DNA from: Gemmatimonadota bacterium
GTDB taxonomy: Bacteria > Gemmatimonadota > Gemmatimonadetes > Gemmatimonadales > GWC2-71-9
Direction of reading: 5' to 3'
NCBI GenBank assembly: GCA_039588295.1
Contig: JBDHAB010000001.1
Location: 256,001-320,000 of the forward strand
Length of the DNA stretch: 64,000 nucleotides
Positions 10,256 through 19,580 of this stretch are shown here, one piece after another; the stretch's first letter is position 1; every line of letters starts with the position of its first letter. The translations under genes and the position numbers were made by a program. Below the pieces are notes generated by a model. It saw only the letters and a list, made by a program, of their open reading frames with translations. It was not told where the DNA came from and ran no database searches.

Positions 10256-12412
10256 TCACGCCGTGGGTGGCAAATCTACCTGGTTCTCACGGTGGATCGT
10301 CGGCAGGTAGTAATCCGTGGCGTACTCCTGAAGCATCCGCCGAGCCGTGAACTGCCGGCCCGCCACGTGAATCGCGTGCTTCATCCGCCGGACCCAGCCC
10401 ACCGGGACACCGTGGCGGTCCCGCTCGTAGAACAGTGGGATCACGTCTTGTTCGAGGGTCGAGCAGCAGTGCTCAGCGTCCCACGCATCCGCATCCCGGT
10501 CCGGCGGGGCCTCTTGAATGAGCCAGCCGTTCTCGCCCGTCCACCCCTCCGCCCACCATCCATCGTTCGTTCCGATCTGGGGAACGCCATTGAGGGCCGC
10601 TTTCATGCCGCTGGTGCCACAGGCTTCGAGCGGGACGCGCGGCAAATTCACCCACACGTCGACCCCCTGCACCAACCGGTGCGCCAGGTGCAACTCGTAG
10701 TCTTCGAGAAAGGCGATGCGTCCCTCGAACTGCGGATCCCTGGCAAAGGCGTACACGCGCTGGAGGATGCGCTTGCCCTCCTCGTCGGCGGGGTGCGCCT
10801 TGCCGGCGAAGATGATCTGCACGGGCCTCCAAGGATCCGTGACCAGCCGCTTCAGCCGTTCCGGATCACGAAACAGCAGGTCGGCCCTCTTGTACGCTGC
10901 AAACCGCCGCGCGAAGCCCAGGGTCAGCGCATCGGGGCTCAGCAGGGTGCCAGCACCAACCAGGTGCGCTGCGTCGGGCCACTGCTCACGCCAGCGTCGC
11001 CGAGCCTCGTCGTCGATGAACCCCATGAGCCGGTCCTTGAGCTCCCGATGCGCCGCCCACAGCCGAGCATCGTCGACCGCGATGATGCGCTCCCACAGCC
11101 CCGGTGCGTCCGGGCGCCAACCCCAGTCCTCGCCCAAGTGCTCGTCCAGCAGCTCCATGACCGGCTGCGCCATCCAGGTGGCAAGGTGTACCCCGTTCGT
11201 CACGTGGCCCATCGGGACGGCATCGGCGTCACGATCGGGCCAGAGGCACTGCCACATTGTCCGGGTGACCGTAGCGTGCCGCGCGGACACCCCGTTCACC
11301 CGGCCCGACAACCGAATGGCCGCGACGGTCATATGGAATCGGTTCCCATCCCGTTCCGGATGGCGACCGAGCTGCATGAACTGGTCCTTGGTGAGGCCGA
11401 TCTCGTTCCACACGGGCCCGATCGACCGCTCGATCTGATCGACCTCGAAGACGTCGTGACCGGCCGGGACCGGCGTGTGAGTCGTGAAAACGCTCGTTGC
11501 CCGCAAACGCGCGATCGCCTGATCAAACGGTGTCCCTCGCGAGACGAACTCCCCCAAACGCTCCAGCAACATGAACGCGGCGTGCCCCTCGTTGACGTGC
11601 CAGACCACCGGCTCGATACCGAGGGCTCGGAGTACCCGTACGCCGCCAACGCCGAGAATCCATTCCTGGCGCACGCGGAGTCCCGGCCCTCCGGCGTACA
11701 GCTTGTGGAGCAACTCCCGGTCTGCGGCGTGGTTCTCTTCCAAGTCGGTATCGAGGAAGTACATCGGCACCCGACCAACGGTGAGGCGCCAGGCACCGAT
11801 GTACACCACGCGGCCGTCGTTCCTGACGTTGGCGAGAAACGGTTCCCCGTTCGGGCCCGAGAGACGCTCGAGCGGCGTGGTGGCCGGATCGAAGTCGACG
11901 TCGCTGTCTTCCTGCCACCCGTCGAGGCGGACTCGTTGGTCGAAGTATCCTCGCGTGTACAGCAATCCGACGGCCACGAGTGGGATACCGAGATCCGACG
12001 CTGCCTTGCAGTGGTCACCCGCCAGCACCCCGAGTCCACCGGAGTAAATGGGCACGGCGTTGTGCAACGCGTACTCGGCGGAGAAGTAGGCGACCGCGCC
12101 TTCGGGAGACCCCGGTTCGAGGTTGCGAAACCAGGTGTCGCGCGTCGACCGCTCGTGCTCGACCTCGGTCATGACATCGTCATACAGCGCGAGGAAGGCC
12201 GATTCGGTAGCGCAGGCCTCCAGCCGTTCATCCGCTACCTGTTGCAGCATCGTCACCGGATTGTGTCGGGTGAGTCGCCAGAGGGTGGGATCGAGGGCAC
12301 GGAAGAGGTCGCGGGCGTTCCGTTTCCAGCTCCACGTCAGATTCGTGGCCACGTCGACCAGGCCGTGAATCCGTTTCGGCAGCCGGCCGGCGATGCCTGA
12401 GGGTTGCGTCAT
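10256..12412 (-). CDS. glgP: Alpha-glucan phosphorylase (GT35)
   Basis: YFSAEY, YSGGLGVLAGD, NEGH, FARRFAAYKR, AGKAHP, EACGTSGMKAALNG (PLP lysine). Confidence 0.96.
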   Translation of the reverse strand: MTQPSGIAGRLPKRIHGLVDVATNLTWSWKRNARDLFRALDPTLWRLTRHNPVTMLQQVADERLEACATESAFLALYDDVMTEVEHERSTRDTWFRNLEPGSPEGAVAYFSAEYALHNAVPIYSGGLGVLAGDHCKAASDLGIPLVAVGLLYTRGYFDQRVRLDGWQEDSDVDFDPATTPLERLSGPNGEPFLANVRNDGRVVYIGAWRLTVGRVPMYFLDTDLEENHAADRELLHKLYAGGPGLRVRQEWILGVGGVRVLRALGIEPVVWHVNEGHAAFMLLERLGEFVSRGTPFDQAIARLRATSVFTTHTPVPAGHDVFEVDQIERSIGPVWNEIGLTKDQFMQLGRHPERDGNRFHMTVAAIRLSGRVNGVSARHATVTRTMWQCLWPDRDADAVPMGHVTNGVHLATWMAQPVMELLDEHLGEDWGWRPDAPGLWERIIAVDDARLWAAHRELKDRLMGFIDDEARRRWREQWPDAAHLVGAGTLLSPDALTLGFARRFAAYKRADLLFRDPERLKRLVTDPWRPVQIIFAGKAHPADEEGKRILQRVYAFARDPQFEGRIAFLEDYELHLAHRLVQGVDVWVNLPRVPLEACGTSGMKAALNGVPQIGTNDGWWAEGWTGENGWLIQEAPPDRDADAWDAEHCCSTLEQDVIPLFYERDRHGVPVGWVRRMKHAIHVAGRQFTARRMLQEYATDYYLPTIHRENQVDLPPTA

Positions 12413-12668
12413 GGAGGTGAAATAAGCGCCGTCCGGCGCGCTTTGGAAGTGCCGGTGCGTCGAGACACTCTGCCGTTGACGCGTCCCGGGGGCGGCCTTC
12501 GCCGGGCGTCGGTCACAGTGATGCCGCCTCCCGATTCAGCCGGGAGGCGGAGCCAATCCCTCATCGCGCCCCCCGCGGTGGCTCCGGAAAGTTTGAGGGC
12601 TGGGGCTGCCGGCTACATTGAACGGTTCACGTTCACATGCGAATCGCCTCCGGCCGAGGACGCTCCTC

Positions 12669-13823
12669 ATGACCGACACCTACCGCCACATCGAGACCAA
12701 GCTCATCCATGCCGGCGAGCCCGACCCTCGCATCGGGGGTGCCGTGAGCATGCCGATCTTTCAATCCGCCATGTTCGAGTACGCGGGCGAGACGAGCTAC
12801 CACGACATCAAGTACATCCGGCTCAACAACACGCCCAATCACGTCGTGCTGCATGACAAGCTGGCCGCCTTGGAGAACGCCGACGCGGCATTGGTCGCGT
12901 CCAGTGGCATGGCGGCTATCTCGACAGCGCTGCTCACGATCTTGGCATCGGGCGACCACCTCCTCGCACAAAACTGTCTCTACGGCGGCACGCACGACCT
13001 CGTGACCAAGGACCTGGGGGCGTTCGGTATCTCGCATGACTTCTTCGACGCGAGCAAGCCCGAATCGTGGGAGGATCAACTGCGGCCGACCACCAAGCTG
13101 CTGTATGTCGAGACCATAGCGAATCCGCTGATGGACGTGCCGGACCTCAAAGCCGTCGTGGAGTTCGCGAAGCAGCATGGGCTGGTCACATTGATCGACA
13201 ACACGTTCGCGAGCCCGGTCAACTTCCGCCCGGCCGAGTGGGGCTTCGACCTCTCGCTCCACAGCGGCACCAAGTACCTGAACGGCCACTCCGACCTGGT
13301 AGCTGGCGCGGTGATCGGACGAGACGACTTGATCGCCGCAGTCACCCACAAGCTCAATCATCTGGGAGGCACGCTCGACCCGCATGCCTGCTTCTTGCTC
13401 CATCGCGGCGTCAAGACGCTCGCTGTCCGGGTCGAGCACCAGAACCGGAGCGCGCTCGCCATCGCGTCCTTCCTGGAACAGCACCGTGCGATTCGCCAGG
13501 TCAACTACCCGGGGCTCGAGCGTCACCCTGGGCACACGGTCGCCCGCGAGATGTTCGACGGGTACGGGGGGATGCTGAGTTTCGAGCTCGACGGCGGGGT
13601 TGCAGCCGCGGAGCAGCTCATGCAGAGAGCGCGGCTGCCGGTGATCGCACCGAGCCTGGGTGGGGTGGAGACACTTCTTACCAGACCGGCAACGACCTCA
13701 CACTCCGGTCTGAGCCCCAAGGAGCGGGCAAGCGTCGGGATCTCGGACAGCCTCGTTCGCATGTCCGTGGGGATCGAGCACGCCCAGGAGCTGATCGACG
13801 ATCTGGAGCAGGCACTGGCGTAA
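12669..13823 (+). CDS. Cys/Met metabolism PLP enzyme (cystathionine gamma-synthase/lyase or methionine gamma-lyase family)
   Basis: SGMAA, YGGT, DNTFASP, HSGTKYLNGHSD, SLGGVETL, RMSVGIE. Confidence 0.92.
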   Translation: MTDTYRHIETKLIHAGEPDPRIGGAVSMPIFQSAMFEYAGETSYHDIKYIRLNNTPNHVVLHDKLAALENADAALVASSGMAAISTALLTILASGDHLLAQNCLYGGTHDLVTKDLGAFGISHDFFDASKPESWEDQLRPTTKLLYVETIANPLMDVPDLKAVVEFAKQHGLVTLIDNTFASPVNFRPAEWGFDLSLHSGTKYLNGHSDLVAGAVIGRDDLIAAVTHKLNHLGGTLDPHACFLLHRGVKTLAVRVEHQNRSALAIASFLEQHRAIRQVNYPGLERHPGHTVAREMFDGYGGMLSFELDGGVAAAEQLMQRARLPVIAPSLGGVETLLTRPATTSHSGLSPKERASVGISDSLVRMSVGIEHAQELIDDLEQALA

Positions 13824-13956
13824 CCTGAGCCCAGGCATCGGGCAGAGCTGTGGCCGAAATCTTGCAAACCGTGTGCAGTGGAGCCGTCTTCTGGCCTGGG
13901 AGCTGACGAATCCTGCAAAAGTGTCGCTGATATTCTGCAGAAAGTGCGGGAAATCC

Positions 13957-13985
13957 TTGACACCGTGGCGGCCCCCAGCTAAGGT
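13957..13985 (+). promoter_or_regulatory. sigma70-type promoter of glnA
   Basis: TTGACA (13957-62), 17 bp spacer, TAAGGT (13980-85), about 70 nt upstream of glnA. Confidence 0.7.
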
Positions 13986-14052
13986 TCCGGCCCGCTCACG
14001 GCTGCCGTGAGCCACTCAAGAAGACCTCGAGCCACCCGTAAGGAGCCGACCC

Positions 14053-15456
14053 GTGCCGCCGCGCAAGAGCCTGACCCTCCCCGCCCGTGGAGCCAAGCCC
14101 CCGATCCGCAGCGGAAACTTCGACACGACCGGGGTCAACGCCCGTGATATCCTCAAGCTCACCAAGGAATTCGAAGTCGACTTCCTGCGCCTCCAGTTCA
14201 CCGACATCACAGGCATCAACAAGAACGTGGAAGTGCCGCAGAGCCAGTTCCAAAAAGCCCTGGACGGCGAGATCATGTTCGACGGCTCCTCGATCGAAGG
14301 GTTCGTTCGCATCGAGGAAAGCGACATGATCCTCAAGCCGGATCTCGAGAGCTTCAAGATCTTCCCATACGACGATGAAGGTGGGCGCGTCGCTCGGCTC
14401 ATCTGCGATATCTACAACCCCGACGAAACACCCTTTCCCGGCTGCCCCCGGATGGCACTCAAACGCCAGGTCGAGCGCGCGAAGAAGCTCGGGTATGAGA
14501 TGATGGCGGGAGTGGAGGCTGAGTTCTTCATCTTCCACCAAGATGAGCATGGGTTCCCGACGCTCGAGACCCATGACGAGGGTGGGTACTTCGACCTCGC
14601 ACCGGTCGACAAGGCGGAGCCGATCCGGCGTCTCATCATCCACGATCTCGTCGACCTCGGCTTCGAGGTGGAGGCCGGCCACCACGAGGTCGCCGAAGGC
14701 CAGCACGAGGTCGATTTCAGGTACGCGAGCGCCCTGGTCACCGCGGACAACCTCGCGACGTTCAAGTTCATCGTGCGGAACATCGCGTACCGCCACGGGT
14801 TCATCGCTACGTTCATGCCCAAGCCGGTCTTCGGACAGAACGGCTCAGGCATGCACACACACCAATCGCTGTTCAAGAAAGAGAAGAACGCCTTCCACGA
14901 CCCGAAAGCGGAATGGGAGCTGTCACCGGTTGGACTTGCCTACGTCGCCGGTCTCCTCAAGCATGCTCGTGGATTTTGCGCGATCACCAACCCGCTGGTG
15001 AACAGCTACAAGCGCTTGGTGCCCGGCTACGAAGCGCCGGTGAACGTCGCGTGGAGCATGCGCAACCGATCACCCCTGGTGCGGATTCCGGAACGGCGCG
15101 GGCATGGGACGCGATGCGAGCTGCGGATGCCGGATCCCTCGTCGAACCCGTACCTGTCGTTGACGGTGCAACTGGCCTCGGGGCTCGACGGAGTCGAGAA
15201 CAAGCTGACACCGCCGGATCCGGTGAACAAGAACATCTTCATCATGAGCCAGCGCGAGCGGCGGCGGTACCGGATCGACGAGCTTCCGAGAGACCTCCAC
15301 GAAGCGTTGGACTATCTCGAAAAGGATGCAGTCATTCGCGATGCTCTGGGAAGTCATATCTACAACATGTTCCTGGAGGCGAAGCGCGCGGAATGGAAGG
15401 AGTACACCAGTCAGGTGAGCGGGTGGGAGGTCGATCGGTACCTCGGGCAGTATTGA
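14053..15456 (+). CDS. glnA: Glutamine synthetase type I (GSI-alpha-like)
   Basis: FDGSSIEGF, EAEFF, HHEVAEGQHE, FMPKP, NGSGMH, NSYKRLVPGYEAP, ELRMPD. Confidence 0.97.
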   Translation: MPPRKSLTLPARGAKPPIRSGNFDTTGVNARDILKLTKEFEVDFLRLQFTDITGINKNVEVPQSQFQKALDGEIMFDGSSIEGFVRIEESDMILKPDLESFKIFPYDDEGGRVARLICDIYNPDETPFPGCPRMALKRQVERAKKLGYEMMAGVEAEFFIFHQDEHGFPTLETHDEGGYFDLAPVDKAEPIRRLIIHDLVDLGFEVEAGHHEVAEGQHEVDFRYASALVTADNLATFKFIVRNIAYRHGFIATFMPKPVFGQNGSGMHTHQSLFKKEKNAFHDPKAEWELSPVGLAYVAGLLKHARGFCAITNPLVNSYKRLVPGYEAPVNVAWSMRNRSPLVRIPERRGHGTRCELRMPDPSSNPYLSLTVQLASGLDGVENKLTPPDPVNKNIFIMSQRERRRYRIDELPRDLHEALDYLEKDAVIRDALGSHIYNMFLEAKRAEWKEYTSQVSGWEVDRYLGQY

Positions 15457-15486
15457 TCGATACCGTGGTCTGATCGAGGTTGGGAA

Positions 15487-15528
15487 ATCCCCGGTGTCGG
15501 AGCCGCTTCGCGCTCTGCCGCCGGGGAT
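15487..15528. terminator. GC-rich hairpin between convergent glnA and heme-binding gene
   Basis: ATCCCCGG...CCGGGGAT outer stem with inner GAGC/GCTC pairing. No U-tract. Confidence 0.45.
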
Positions 15529-15557
15529 GTTCGCATCCGGCGCCGATGAGCCGGTGG

Positions 15558-15989
15558 CTACTCAGGGGTGCCGCCTGGCGTTGACCATGCCTCGAGAGCC
15601 GCGCGGTCCTCGTCGTTCGGCTTGGAGGAGCGATGGACGAACCGATAGTACCAGAGCGGCATCTTTCCTTCCTCAACTTCCTCCCAGATCTCCTCGATCT
15701 TCTCCCGCTGTTCCTCTTCATCGTACCGGTTCCAGGTGGTGAAGTTGAGGTGCTCCCGTCCCTCGCGCACGTCGTGCGCGACGAGCCAAGAAGCGGGTGC
15801 GACGTAGCTGTACCACGGCCATCGCGTCTCGTTCGAGTGGCAGTCGTAGCATGAGCGTTCCAGGATCGCCCGCACGTTCGCGGGCGCTGCCGGCTCCTGT
15901 TCGACAGGAGGATTGCTGCGGTCGACGGGTATGAGTTGGATCAAGGTGAGCAAGGCCGCGAGGCCACCGAGAACGAGTCGTGTTCGCAT
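15558..15989 (-). CDS. Heme-binding domain protein (Haem_bd-like monoheme c protein)
   Basis: Signal/TM segment, ILERSCYDCHS (CxxCH), WPWYS, GREHLNF, MP. Confidence 0.88.
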   Translation of the reverse strand: MRTRLVLGGLAALLTLIQLIPVDRSNPPVEQEPAAPANVRAILERSCYDCHSNETRWPWYSYVAPASWLVAHDVREGREHLNFTTWNRYDEEEQREKIEEIWEEVEEGKMPLWYYRFVHRSSKPNDEDRAALEAWSTPGGTPE

Positions 15990-16129
15990 GCGCGGATTGT
16001 AACGTTTGTACCGGCGATGGTGAAGCTGACGGTGTCGAGGGGTCGGTGCCCTCCTGCGGGCCGAGGCTGATCAAGGCCGCTAGCTTGCCCCATGCGGACT
16101 TGGTCGACGGTGCCCCGTGCCATGGAGAC

Positions 16130-19100
16130 TTACGTCGAGTGGGCTCTTCTCAGGTAGGCGATGACGTTGTGATACTCGTCGTGCACCTGTGAACAGAGTT
16201 CGGCAGCCTCCTCGATTTCGCCGGACTCTCCTGCGGCCTCCGTTTGCTTGAGCAGGGCTGCCAGGTGCTGTGCGCGCACCGTGCCCGCCGCCGATTTGAA
16301 CGCGTGTGCTGCAGCCCGGATCTCGTGCGCATGTTGAGCCTGCACTGCCTTTTCGAGATCACTTAACCGCCCCGGGGCGTCTTCCAGGAACACGTCGAGA
16401 ATGTTCTCGACGGAATCCTCGATGCCGGCATCCCGCATCTCCTGCCGGAATCCGACGAGGTCGACTGGCGCGGTCGTCACGGTCGGCGCCGCTGGCTCCT
16501 CCGACTCCGGAGTCTGCGCGCCAAGGCCCTCGACAACCTGCAGCAGGTCCTGAGGCTTGAACGGCTTCGCCAGGTGCTCGGTCATCCCTCCAGCAAGGAA
16601 GCGCTCCCGCTCGTCCAGCGTGGCATGCGCGGTCATGGCGATGATCGGCAGGTCGGCGTGCGCGGGGTCGCGCCGTATGTGCGACGTCGCGGTGAGACCG
16701 TCCATTTCGGGCATCTGGATATCCATCAGCACGGCGTCGTAGCGGGTGCGCTCGACGGCCTCGACCGCCAGGCGACCGTTCTCGACCACATCCACCGTGT
16801 GGCCCCGCTTCTGCAGGATCGTCATGGCGACTTGTTGATTGACGACGTTGTCCTCGGCCAGGAGGATCCGCAGGTGGCGGCGCGCTTCCGCCATTGAGTG
16901 GCGTGTGATCAGGGTATCGCCCGCCACATGCTCTTGGCCCGTGATCACTGCCGCTACGCTTTCAATCAGTTCCGAGCGTGATACGGGCTTCGTGAGATAC
17001 GCGCGGATGCCAAGCTGTCGACATCGCTGCCCATCCCCGCGCTGGCCGGCCGAAGTGAGCATCATGATTCGTGTCTCGGCCAGTTGAACGTCGTTCTTCA
17101 TGACCGAGGCGAGTTCGAATCCGTCCCGTCCCGGCATCCATCCGTCGATGATCGCCAACTCGTAGGGTCGACCCGCGTGCTTGCTGCGGTAGAGATGCTC
17201 GAGCGCCTCATCGGAGTTGCCGGCTTCATGAATCAAGGCCCCGGCCGGGCTGAGGAGCCCGCCCACGATGCGGCGATTCGTGGGGTTGTCGTCCACCACG
17301 AGCGTGCGCATACCCTCGAACGAGACCTCCGACAGGCCTGGGATTGCTGCGGGCTTCGTGGACTCGACCGGAAACGGTACGGTGAAGAAGAAGGTCGTTC
17401 CTTTGTCCACCTCGCTCTCCACCTGGAGCTTACCGCCCATGAGGGCGACGAGTTGCCGGGAGATCGTGAGCCCCAAGCCCGTGCCGCCGTACTTGCGGGC
17501 CGTCGACACGTCAGCCTGTCGGAACTCTTCGAAGATCAACTCGACCTTCTCGGGAGGAATGCCGATTCCCGTGTCGCGCACGGCGAACCGTAGAAGGGCC
17601 TCGCTGTCGCGCGTCGCCTCCTGCGATACGGTCACCTCCACCTCGCCTTGGTGGGTGAACTTGATTGCGTTGCCGATCAGGTTGGTCAACACCTGCCGCA
17701 GCCGACTCGGGTCGCCGCGCACCTGCGTCGGGACGTCCGGTCGGACGTCGTAGGCGATCTCCACATGGCGTTCGAAAGCCCGAACGGCCAACAACCGAAC
17801 CGTGGAGTCCACGAGCCGGGTGACGTCGAACGCGGTCTGGTCGAGCTGGAGGTTGCCCGTCTCGATCTTTGAGAAGTCGAGAATATCGTTGAGGATTCGC
17901 AGCAACGATTCGGCCGAAACCCGGATCAGCTCCACCCAGCGTTGTTGCTCCGGGTTGAGCTCGGTTTCGACCAGGAGGTCCACCATGCCGAGCACGCCGT
18001 TCATCGGCGTGCGGATCTCGTGGCTCATGGTAGCGAGGAATCCGGCCTTCGCCTGCGTCGCCTGCTCGGCCTGTTCACGAGCCGCCTGGAGCGCCTCCGT
18101 GACGGCGGCGCGCTCGGTCACGTCTCGTGCCGTGCCGTGGGCGCCCACCACGGCGCCGGTGGCATCCAACATGGGCTTGGCGGCAAAGCTCAGGTGTTTG
18201 CGTTGGCCGGCCGCGTCCAAATGAATCGTTTCGTAGTCGGTCAACACCGCGCCTTCGAGCACACGCCGGAACGTCTCGAGATCGCTTTCCCGGTGTGCCG
18301 GATTCACCATGTTGGCGAACGGCTTCCCGACCAGCTGGTTCACGGACAGGCCGTAAATGCGCTGGCAGGCTGCGTTCAGAAACGTCCACGTCCCTTGCGC
18401 GTCGACCTGCCAGACGAGATCGGACGCCGACTCCACCAACTCCCGATACTGTTGCTCCGCGTCCCGCAGCGCCCGCTCCGCCTGCTTCATCTCAGTGACG
18501 TCGTCGAACAGGACGATCGTGGTGCCCTCGGGGTCGTCCTCCACGCGTGCCGCGGCAATCCGGACCGGGACGAGGGTGCGGTCCTTCCGCAGCCTGTCTG
18601 CCTCGACGACGACGGTCTCCCCTGCTCTCGTCTGTGCGTGTCGTCCGCGCGCCGCTTCTTGCTCCGCAGCGGGGACGACCAGCTCGATCAGGTCCTTGCC
18701 GTGCACTTCGTGTCTCGAGTAGCCGAACAGGTGCTCGAAGCCAGGATTCACACCTCGAATGGTGCCGCCCTCGTCGATAGTCACGATGCCACTTGGCACA
18801 CTGGCTAGGAGGGCGTCGAGGAATCCCTGTTCCCGCGTGACACTTCGCTCTCTGAGTTCGAGCCGCTTGGCCGACCGGACGTTGGTCGCCAGGAGGGCGT
18901 GCGACCGCTGGTAGAGAATCACCATGGTGCCGGTGAACAGGGCAAGGAGCACGACCGCCACTAATTGAGGACGGTCGGTCCCCGAGAAGAGGATCCCAAG
19001 AGAGAGTGGAGCGACGACGGCGGCCGTGTACCAATAGAAGCTTCGCTGGTCGGCGACCAAGGTCGCCGTGGCGCCCGCCACCAGGCCGCTGAAAATGACC

Positions 19101-19534
19101 ATCATGAGCGCGACGTCGGGAAACGGAAGGCTGGGAGCCACGACAGCCGCCCCCGAGCCCCACGCCAGCCCATGCACGAGCACGGAGCGGCGCATGGACG
19201 TTCGTACGTAGTCCGGTGTGTCGAGGTGCCGGGCGAGCCGCTGCCGTACGAGGCCCGCTACCACCGTTGCCCACACGACGACCACGAGCCAGAGCACCAA
19301 GGCGAGGGTCGGGACTGTGCCCCATCCAACCACCGCGATGATGCTGGCAAGCAGCATGTGTGCGAGTTCCGCAGTCGGTCCGGCCGCGATCAGTTGTTCG
19401 GCCAAGACCCTCCCTACCTGGTGCTCGACAGCCTCCATCGTCGCCTTGTGTGCGAGCTCGTCGATCTCCGGCAGGAAGGCGGAGCGTCGCGGACGGCTAC
19501 CCGGTTCGGATGGCCGTGCAGTCTGTTCGCTCAT
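16130..19534 (-). CDS. Membrane hybrid histidine kinase (TM-PAS-PAS-HisKA-HATPase-REC-REC-Hpt)
   Basis: About 5-6 TM segments, two PAS domains, MSHEIRTPMNG, NAIKFT, DTGIG, GGTGLGL, two REC domains, AHAFKSAA Hpt. Confidence 0.95.
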   Translation of the reverse strand: MSEQTARPSEPGSRPRRSAFLPEIDELAHKATMEAVEHQVGRVLAEQLIAAGPTAELAHMLLASIIAVVGWGTVPTLALVLWLVVVVWATVVAGLVRQRLARHLDTPDYVRTSMRRSVLVHGLAWGSGAAVVAPSLPFPDVALMMVIFSGLVAGATATLVADQRSFYWYTAAVVAPLSLGILFSGTDRPQLVAVVLLALFTGTMVILYQRSHALLATNVRSAKRLELRERSVTREQGFLDALLASVPSGIVTIDEGGTIRGVNPGFEHLFGYSRHEVHGKDLIELVVPAAEQEAARGRHAQTRAGETVVVEADRLRKDRTLVPVRIAAARVEDDPEGTTIVLFDDVTEMKQAERALRDAEQQYRELVESASDLVWQVDAQGTWTFLNAACQRIYGLSVNQLVGKPFANMVNPAHRESDLETFRRVLEGAVLTDYETIHLDAAGQRKHLSFAAKPMLDATGAVVGAHGTARDVTERAAVTEALQAAREQAEQATQAKAGFLATMSHEIRTPMNGVLGMVDLLVETELNPEQQRWVELIRVSAESLLRILNDILDFSKIETGNLQLDQTAFDVTRLVDSTVRLLAVRAFERHVEIAYDVRPDVPTQVRGDPSRLRQVLTNLIGNAIKFTHQGEVEVTVSQEATRDSEALLRFAVRDTGIGIPPEKVELIFEEFRQADVSTARKYGGTGLGLTISRQLVALMGGKLQVESEVDKGTTFFFTVPFPVESTKPAAIPGLSEVSFEGMRTLVVDDNPTNRRIVGGLLSPAGALIHEAGNSDEALEHLYRSKHAGRPYELAIIDGWMPGRDGFELASVMKNDVQLAETRIMMLTSAGQRGDGQRCRQLGIRAYLTKPVSRSELIESVAAVITGQEHVAGDTLITRHSMAEARRHLRILLAEDNVVNQQVAMTILQKRGHTVDVVENGRLAVEAVERTRYDAVLMDIQMPEMDGLTATSHIRRDPAHADLPIIAMTAHATLDERERFLAGGMTEHLAKPFKPQDLLQVVEGLGAQTPESEEPAAPTVTTAPVDLVGFRQEMRDAGIEDSVENILDVFLEDAPGRLSDLEKAVQAQHAHEIRAAAHAFKSAAGTVRAQHLAALLKQTEAAGESGEIEEAAELCSQVHDEYHNVIAYLRRAHST

Positions 19535-19580
19535 CAGCGATCATCCTCACGGTGGTGGCGGCTGCGTGCTTGCCTCAATG

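Noticed and set aside
10028..12400. 790-aa plus-strand ORF and other long antisense ORFs (e.g. 19218-20687, 30971-32230, 58340-59776)
   Set aside because: Shadow frames of well-supported opposite-strand genes, expected in high-GC DNA; no motifs.
12524..12550. Perfect 10-bp hairpin upstream of the Cys/Met PLP enzyme as a possible SAM riboswitch
   Set aside because: No SAM-I/II/IV core motifs and no U-tract; probably just a hairpin in the divergent intergenic region.
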